From positions 793-64,792 of the IMG/VR virus record IMGVR_UViG_3300027817_000001: 64,000 bases of DNA; one strand, written 5' to 3'. Each line of letters opens with the position of its first letter. Position 1 is the stretch's first letter. The stretch is from a virus. Lineage: Duplodnaviria; Caudoviricetes. This document shows, one piece after another, positions 17,717 to 26,300 of the stretch. Both the position numbers and the translations under genes were made by a program. The notes below the pieces were generated by a model, which was not told the origin of the DNA, ran no database searches, and was given only the letters and a program-made list of their open reading frames with translations.

Positions 17717-20293
17717 ATGGCAGAACCTATCCCCACGAGTGACGGCGTCGCGAGCGTCGCCCCGGCATCGACAACCCCGGATGACTACGAGCACATCACG
17801 GCCAACCCGGAGGCGTTCGGCGGCGGCGTGGCGCAGGGCCTCAGCGCGTTGGGCGCAGGCGCAAAGACGGCGGCAGACTTCTATCAGCACGCCGCATCTG
17901 ACGACGCCAGTAACCAGTTCCAGGACTTCGCCACCAAACTGCTGCACGGTGATCCGAGCAAGCCCATGACCGGGCCTGACGGCATGCCTGTCATGGGGCC
18001 GGACGGCAAGCCGATGCCCGACACCGGCTATCTCGGCACGCGCGGCCGAACCGCGATGGATCAGCGGCAGGGCGCCGAGCAGGCCCTCGACGCGCAGGAA
18101 AAGCAGCTCCGCAGCAATCTCAGTTCGCCCGAGGCGCAGCTCCAGTTCGACAATTTCGTCCGCAGGTATCGATCGCAGACCGCCGAGCGGATTGGCTCGC
18201 ATGCTGACCAGCAGTCGACGACTTGGTATTCCCAGGTCAACACCGATACGGCCAAGCTGGCAATGGAGCACATCGCCAACAACTTCGACAATCCGAAGGA
18301 GATCGCGGCCGGCGCGGCGGATCTGACCAACGCCTACGTCAAGAATGCTCAGCTGCAGGGCGCCACACCGGACAGCCCACAGATGAAGGAAGCGTTGCTA
18401 TCGGCGCGACGCGATGCCCTGGACTCCCAGCTCAACGCCATGGCGGTGAAGGATCCGGCGCGGGCGCTGGCGGTGCTGGACAAGAACAAGGAGATCGCTG
18501 GCACCAAATACGACGAATTGTCGACCCGGTTCCGCAGCCGCGCCCAGCAGCAGCAGGGCTATGACATCGCCGACCAAGCGATCAAGGAGACCTATGCGAA
18601 ATCGGCGCCGCAAGGCGGGTATCAGCCGATAGTGCTGACCCAGGCCGGGGCGCCGTACGGCATTTCCGGAAGCTATTTGCAGCGTGTGCAACAGCTCGAG
18701 ACCGGGGCAAACCCGAACCAGACCAGCGAGACCGGGGCCAAGGGGCCGTTTCAGTTCATCGATTCCACGGCAAAGCGATACGGCCTGAACGATCCGTTCG
18801 ATTACCAGAAGGCCGCCGATGCTGCGGCGCGCCTCGCCGCTGATAACAAGAACGAATTGAACCAGCGGCTCGGCCGGCCGCCGACCGACGCCGAACTCTA
18901 CCTCGCGCATCAGCAGGGCGCCAGCGGGGCGGCGGTGCTACTGGCCAACCCGAACACGCGCGCCGGTGACCTTGTCGGCGATCGTGCCATCCGGGTGAAC
19001 GGCGGCGATCCCAACGCGCCCGCGTCACAATTCACGAGCATGTGGGCGGCAAAGTTCGTCGGCGCGCCGGGGCAAGCTGTCGCAACGCAGAAAGCTATGG
19101 CGTTTCAATCCATCCTGTCGAACCCTGACATCAGTCCAGAGGTTCGAGCCCATGCCCTGCAGCGTGTCCAGCAGGAGATGCAGGCAAACCAGATCGCGCA
19201 GGAGCAGGACGCCAAGGCGCAGAAGGCCAAGACCGACGCGATGCAGACCGATCTGGTGCGCCAGATCATCAACGGGACCGGCCCCGACATCATCGGCAAG
19301 ATCGCCGATTCGGGACTTCCTGCGGCTGAGATGGAGAACCTGTACAAATTCGCCACCAACGAAGGTGGGATCCAGGACGATCAGCGCTATGGACCGGGCT
19401 ACACCGCGGCATTCAAGCAGGTGCTGTCCAACCCAGACGATCCTTCGCACATCAGCACGGCCGGCGAGATCATCGCTCGAGGTGGGCCAGGAGGGGATCT
19501 GACCAAGCGCGGCGTCACCGAGCTGCTCGGCGTCATGGAGAAGATCAAGAAGCAGCCGGATCAGGCCGGCATCGCCACGGTGAAGTCGAAGCAGCTCGAT
19601 TATTACCTGGACAAGTTTGCAGTCGACGAAAACAGCATATTGGCCGGACTTCCCAACGTAACAATCAAGCGCGACCAGAAGGGCAAGGACCGGTTCAACC
19701 ACGATTTCGTCCCGGCGTTCGAGGCGGCCTATTCGCAATGGGTGGGACAGGGCAAAGACCCGATGGACTTTCTGACCGACAACAAGAAGCTCGACGACAT
19801 CATGAACCGGGTCTATCCGCCGTCGGAGCGGGCCGCGGACGCGATCAAGAAAAGTCCTGTGCCAGAGAAGCCGCCGCCGGCGCCGGAGGGCGCCGCGCCG
19901 CAGTCCTGGGACCATCTGATGGCGTCGCCGCCGAAGCTCAGGACCGGCGACCCGGTGCCGCTTGACAAATGGGGTGCGGTGCTGACCTGGCTGGCGCAGA
20001 ACCCGACGCCCGAGAACAAGGCCGCGTTCGATGCAAAGTTCGGACCGAGCGGCTATACCTCCGACATGGTGCTGAAGCGGCTGCCGCACGCCGCCGTGGC
20101 CGAGCCGGCAAAACCGGCAGAGAAACCAGCCGCGCCGCAAGCCACTACTCCGGCTGCGCCCGAATCGTCCGACGAAAACCCGTTCCTGAAAAAGATCAAG
20201 GACGACAACAAGCTGAGCCCGGCCGAGATCGAAGAACAGAAGAAGAGAACCGAAAATGCCGAGCCGATCGTGCAGGTCGGCATTCGCGGCTGA
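17717..20293 (+). CDS. internal virion protein with lytic transglycosylase-like domain
   Basis: LETGANPN...GAKGPFQFIDSTAKRYGL...LYLAHQQG lysozyme-like motifs within a helical protein. Confidence 0.8.
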   Translation: MAEPIPTSDGVASVAPASTTPDDYEHITANPEAFGGGVAQGLSALGAGAKTAADFYQHAASDDASNQFQDFATKLLHGDPSKPMTGPDGMPVMGPDGKPMPDTGYLGTRGRTAMDQRQGAEQALDAQEKQLRSNLSSPEAQLQFDNFVRRYRSQTAERIGSHADQQSTTWYSQVNTDTAKLAMEHIANNFDNPKEIAAGAADLTNAYVKNAQLQGATPDSPQMKEALLSARRDALDSQLNAMAVKDPARALAVLDKNKEIAGTKYDELSTRFRSRAQQQQGYDIADQAIKETYAKSAPQGGYQPIVLTQAGAPYGISGSYLQRVQQLETGANPNQTSETGAKGPFQFIDSTAKRYGLNDPFDYQKAADAAARLAADNKNELNQRLGRPPTDAELYLAHQQGASGAAVLLANPNTRAGDLVGDRAIRVNGGDPNAPASQFTSMWAAKFVGAPGQAVATQKAMAFQSILSNPDISPEVRAHALQRVQQEMQANQIAQEQDAKAQKAKTDAMQTDLVRQIINGTGPDIIGKIADSGLPAAEMENLYKFATNEGGIQDDQRYGPGYTAAFKQVLSNPDDPSHISTAGEIIARGGPGGDLTKRGVTELLGVMEKIKKQPDQAGIATVKSKQLDYYLDKFAVDENSILAGLPNVTIKRDQKGKDRFNHDFVPAFEAAYSQWVGQGKDPMDFLTDNKKLDDIMNRVYPPSERAADAIKKSPVPEKPPPAPEGAAPQSWDHLMASPPKLRTGDPVPLDKWGAVLTWLAQNPTPENKAAFDAKFGPSGYTSDMVLKRLPHAAVAEPAKPAEKPAAPQATTPAAPESSDENPFLKKIKDDNKLSPAEIEEQKKRTENAEPIVQVGIRG

Positions 20294-20304
20294 AGAGGTG
20301 ACGT

Positions 20305-23300
20305 GTGGATAAAGAACCGAGCCCGTTGGACGACATCGGCGACGTCGGACCGCCGATCGGCCAGGACACCAGCCAGAGCTTCGGACCAGGATCGGGCCCA
20401 ACCGTCCTGAACACGGTGACGGACAGCTTTGCGCCACAAGGCGGAGGAACCGGCGCCAGCGCGCTCGGCACGGCGCTGCAGGAAACCGGGCCGGCGCGGT
20501 TCGCCACACCGCTCGACGATATCGGCGAGATCGCGCCGGAAGAAGTGACGGTCAAGGGCGCGGTGACGCGCGGCGCGGTGCACGGCGCGGTGCCCGCAGC
20601 CGGCGCGATGGCTGGTGCTGGCGCAGGCGCTGAAGCGGGTGGCGCCGTGGGCGCGTTTCTCGGCCCGTGGGGCGCGCTTGCAGGCGGCGTGATTGGCGGC
20701 ATCGGTGGCGCGATCGGCGGCGGCTTTGCTGCCGACAAGGCACAGGACTACACGCTATCCAAGCTGCCGGATAGCTTTGTGGATGCGTTCGGCCAAGGCG
20801 AGAGGCAGCAGCGGCTCGACCAGCAGGAACGACCCGTTGCCTCGTTTGTCGGCGGCATGATTCCGTTCGCGCTGACCATGCAGCCGACCAAGTTGGCTTT
20901 TAGGGCCACGGGCTTGCCGGAAAATGCCACAACCATTCAAAAGCTGATGGCGAACCCAGTCACGGCCCGACTGTTCGGCGGCGGTGTGATGGGCGGGATG
21001 GAGCTGGGCCAAGAGGCGGCACAGGGCCAGGTCGACTGGCGCAAGGTCGGCATCGCGACCGGATTCGGCGTTGTGTTCAACAAGCCGAACGCGTTGGGCG
21101 AGGCAATCACAGAGATGGGCGCATCGCCGGCGCGGCGGATGCTCGGCCGGCCAGAACCGGCGGCGCGGCCGCCGACCATCGCACAGGCCGGCGACACCAA
21201 GATCATGGGCCCGGGCATCACCGAGGCGGTGTTCCAGGGCAGCCACGAGCAGGCGCCGGAAGCCGCGATGACGGCGCAGCAGACCGCGCGCGACGAGCAG
21301 GCGGCCCGCGGCGAGCACCCGGAGCCGAATCCGGCTGACATCGCCCGGCAGATGGAGCCGGAACTGTTCGCTCGCTATGACGATCTGGTGAGCCGTCGGG
21401 ATGCGTTTCGTAAGTGGATTGACGATTACAACCGACCGTCGCCCGAGGCCATAGCCGAGGTTGATGGCAGGGTTGCTGATCTGCAAAAGCAACTCGACGA
21501 GCATGTCGCGGAGCGCGGCGGATATGCGGCTGGGCCTGAGGCCCGGCGGCTGCGCGCGCAGATCAGGGAGACACAGAAAGAGCGCGACGAATTGGCGGGG
21601 CGGGCAGCAACGTTCTCGCGCGGCGAGGCGCAGGACACCGCAGACCTTGCTTTGGCCCGTAAGCATTTGATGGATACCGACTTCGAACTTAGGGACGTCC
21701 AGAAAGAGGTCGCGGCCGCACATCGGCGCGCCGCCGACGCCGCCGGCACCGAGACCGTCCCGGCCGAGCCGCACGCCACCATCGCCGACATGCTGGCAGA
21801 ACAGGAGAACGCACCCAATGCCCAAGCGCCAGAACAAGGAGCCGGAGCATCTGGCGTTCCAGCAGGCGGTGAAGCTGGGCCTGAAGCCGGAGCAGTGCCT
21901 GGAGCTGCTGGTGCTGTCGTTTCTGGCCCTCAACGTTCCATTGGCGATCAGCGCGCCTTCATCGCGGACGACGTCGCCCGACGATTGATCGCCGCGGGGC
22001 GTCCGGAGGACGAAGCTCGAGCGGCGGCTCAATTGGTCGCGTCGCGCTATGTCACGCGCGCCGGACGGTTCGAGGGCAAGCTTGGCTCGGCCGAGGAGCT
22101 TTATGCCAAGGAGAGCGCGGCTATCGCGGGCCCCGGCGGCAAGGCGCTCCCGCCGGCGTTTCCACCGCGCGAGGTGACCGAAGCGGCGGAGACCGCTGCT
22201 CGCGTGAAGGCCGCGACGCCAGCCGCTCAACCGGGCATTCTTGCCAACGATTTCGAGAGCGCTGACCGGATCAAAAACGAGTGGCGAAAGGCCACCCCAT
22301 TCACCGGATCGGTTGAGGATTTCATCGCCGCGTCGAAGCCCAACCAGGAATCGCTGGCCGCGGTCGGCAAGCAGCTGGCGGATGAACTCGGGCTGACGTT
22401 CAAAGATCCCGGCGTCAAGGCGGACGGGCCGGGCAAGGGACTGGATCGGCTGCAAAGCAAGGCAAAGCGGTTCGGCGCGATCGGCTCGGTGACCGACCAG
22501 GTGCGAGCCGGGTTCGACGTGAAGACGCCAGCGCAGGCAGACCAGATCGTGCAGAGGATGGGAGAGAAATTCCAGGTGACGGACGAGGGCTGGCAGATGA
22601 CGCCGGCCGGGTATTTCGACCGGAAAGTCTATGTCCGATTCCCGGACGGCATGATTGGCGAAGTCCAGATGTGGCCGCCCGGCATGCTTGCCACCAAGAA
22701 GGTTGGACACAAGCTGTATGAAGGCGCGCGCGAGCTGCCGCCGTGGCATCCGCTGATTCCGGAGTTCAACCGGACGCAAGCCGAGGTCTACGAGCCGGTG
22801 CGTGCCGCGCTTTCGGCCGAATGGAATGCGGTTTTGGGCAGGGGCGGCAACGAACCGAACCTCTTGGCGAATGCCCCCGCTGAGAGCACGGCGGCATTGG
22901 ATCCGACGTCGGCAGCGTTAACTTCTTCCCACGAGCCTTTGACCAGCGCCCATGCCTCCGAAGGAGTCCAGAAGGCCGGGAGCCCGTCCCAAGAACAGGC
23001 TTTGATGTCTGACATGTTTGGGATCTCCAACGAAAATGTAGGAGAACATGCGTCCCCCGTCAACGCCGCATTGACCGCTCGCGACAAAATCGACGAACTT
23101 TCTCCGGCCGAGCAGAAGACGCAGCTGCCGACATATACCGCAGCGGCCGAGCAATCGCCGCAGGGCCGCGACCAGCCGGCCGGCGTGTTCATGTTCGACC
23201 CCACCAAGCTTGAGGTCGACGCCAAGCGCTTCCAGTTCAAGACCGGCGGGGACGAATACGGCGTCACCGGCGCGTTGCGCAACGTCCAGAAATGGGATCC

Positions 23301-26300
23301 GGCCAAGGCGCAATCGATCATTGTGTGGGAGCAGGCGGACGGCAAGCTGTTCGTGGCCGATGGTCACCAGCGTTCCGGGCTCGCTCGCCGCCTGGTCGAA
23401 CAGGGCAAGGCGAAGGACGTCCAACTGCCGGGCGTGCTCTACCGCGAGAAGGATGGCATTTCCGCCGACGACATCCGCGCCATTGCGGCCGTGACAAACA
23501 TTGCCAACGGCTCGGGCAAGGCGATCGACGGCGCCAAGGTGCTGCGGGAGCGGCCGGACCTTCTCGACGAATCGCTGCCGCTGTCCGCCGGCAAGGGCAA
23601 GCAGGCCGCGGCGCTGGCGCGGCTCGGTGACGAAGCGTTTCGGATGGTGGTCAACGATGTGGTGCCGGAGCACTATGGTGCCGTAGTCGGCGACCTGCTG
23701 CCGAAAGATCCGGACCGCCAGGTGGCCGCGCTGAAGGCGATCGCGCGGTTCGAGCCGAAGAACGCGGACGAGGCCGCGGTGCTGACCCAGCGCGTGGCCC
23801 AGGCCGAACTGGCGAAGAAGGAGGAGGGCGCGCAAACCTCCATGTTCGGCGACCTTGAGACGCCAGAGTCGACCGCCGGCGAGGAGATGAAGATTGTTGG
23901 CCGGGCGATCGCCGACCTCAAGAAAGACAAGTCGCTGTTCGCGCGCGTGCTCGCAAATGCGGAGCGGATCGAAAAAACCGGCTCGACAATTGAGCGCGAG
24001 GCGGCGCAGAATGTCTCAAACGACGCTGAGGTTTTTGCCAAGACGCTAACATCAGAGGCCTATTCCTCGGGACCGGTGCGCACCGAGCTCGTGGCGGCCG
24101 CAAGGGACCTGAAAAATGGAAAATCATCCATCGGAGAAGCTACACAGCGAATACTCGCTGCCCTCCGGGAGCAGGCTGAGACGCATGGCGCTGATCGGAA
24201 TGGCGCTGTCGGAGCAGGGGCGAAAGAGCGAGAGCTCGCCCAAACCGACGTCGAAAGGGTCAAGGACCACGAAGGCTACCCAATCGACCGAGGCGAAATA
24301 AGCCACGATTTGCATGATGAGTGGGCGGACCTGATCCGCGATCTAAAGGAGGGCGGCGAAGACGTCCCGTCGTCCCCGGCGCTGCGCCTGGCGCTTAAGA
24401 AGTTCGATGATCTGATCAAGCAGAACGATTCGCGGCTGGTCATCCGGCGTGGCCAGATCGCCGACGTCATAGGCTCGCTCGAAAAAGCCAAGACCGACAT
24501 CGCCGAGAAATTCGAGACTGGCAGCGGCCGCGCCACGGCGAAAAGCCTGTCCGGCCGCGTGATCGAGGCCAAGATCGACGACGAGATTGTGGGGCTGCGC
24601 CGCACCGAGAAAGAGCTGCAGGACTTCTTTGGCGAGGAGGAGCCGGGCGACCTGTTCGCAGCCGAGCCCGGCGCCGAAGGCAAGCCGCAAGCCCTGATCC
24701 CGGGCGTCGCGCCGGTCACCGCGCGTGACCGCATCCAGGCGCTGGCCAACAAGCCGCTTGCTCCAAAGAAGGCGCAGAAGGCCGCCGATGAAGGGCTGTT
24801 CGGCTCGTCGAAGGATCAGAAGGAACTGTTTCAGCACAAAGCAGATCACGATGATGATCTGATTAGAATGCTTAGAGGCGCTCTGGAAACTGACGAATAC
24901 AGCTCAGTTGATAGTGCCGGAAGACGTGTTCCTGCATCTTCCCGCGAACTACTTGATCGCATGTCCAAAAAATACGGGGAAGACACTGATTTAGATCAGT
25001 GGTCAGAGAAAGATTACGACGCATATTTTGCTGCAGTCGACCGTGAAGCTGCAGTCAATAGCGAGACATTGGAAAATGCTGGAATAACGCAATCTTCAGC
25101 CAAAGCAGCCAAAGATGATGGCTTTGATACTTCACGGGAGTTTTGGCATGGCACGACGCACGGAATATTCACGGATTTTCGAGAGTCGACTGCTGAGAAC
25201 GACGTATTAGGGCCGGCCATCTATCTCGGATCAACAAAGGGGCTTTCAGATTTCTATGGTCCTGGCCGCGGCGGTGACCTGCTCGGCCCATTCCATGTCC
25301 GCGGGAATATCGTGAACGAGAACACGATGGTACCGAGGGATCCAGACAAGTATCCGGGGCAGATGGCGAAAGCGTCTCAGGTCATGGGGACGCTCAAGCT
25401 CGCTCTGGAAGACAAGCGAATGCGTGCACCATGGGGCAAGGACATGACACCAGCGCAATATGCGCGCGAGTTCTGGAAGCGGCGCGGCGTCGATGGCTAC
25501 GATTCCGGTTTTGAAGTCGCAATATACGACCCGAAGAACATCAGAGCTGGGTTTTCAATTGATGGCGGCACAATTCGCCCATCGACAGAACTCAATCAAG
25601 TCATGCGCGGCAAGATCAAGATCGGCTCCGGCCGTCCGCTGATCTCGCTGCTCAAAGATGCCAACGCCTCGACCTTCATCCATGAGACCGGCCATGAGTG
25701 GCTGGAGCAGATGGTGAAAGATGCCGCGCACCCCGACGTTTCGGATGTCGTGCGCAAGGACATGGCGTCCACGCTGGAATGGATGGGATTGGAAAAGCCA
25801 GAGGACCTGCAAGAAACTACCAAAGCTGGAAAATTGACTGCCAGAGCAACAAAGGCTCACGAGAAATTCGCCCGTGGATTCGAGCAATACATGCGCGAGG
25901 GCGTGGCTCCATCGAAAGAACTCGCCGGCGTATTTGCGCAATTCCGCAACTGGCTGCTCCAGATCTATCAGAGCCTGAAGGGTCTCGGATCAGAGATCAG
26001 CCCGGAGATCCGCGGCGTGTTCGACCGCATGCTGGAGATGGAACCGCAGCGCACCGTCATTGCGCCGGAGCGGCTGCAGCCCGATCTGCTGCACGACATC
26101 CACGAGGCCGACGCGGCACACACTCCGCCGCACGAGGCCGAGCCGGCGATGGACCGCATCATTGCGGAACGAGATCGCTACATCACAGAGCAACCCCCGG
26201 AGATTCAGCGTGAGCTCGAAGCCGCAGCCCAGAAAGTCCAAGCCGCAGAAGGACCAGCAGGAGAAGCCGCAGGCGCTCCCGGAGAAGCTTTCGCAAGCCC

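Noticed and set aside
23190-23560. ParB-like domain as sign of a plasmid-prophage partition system
   Set aside because: It is an internal domain of the virion polyprotein; no ParA or parS seen
25014-25458. Antisense ORFs over the ART domain as possible immunity genes
   Set aside because: They overlap conserved catalytic motifs rather than a linker, and lack SD or promoter
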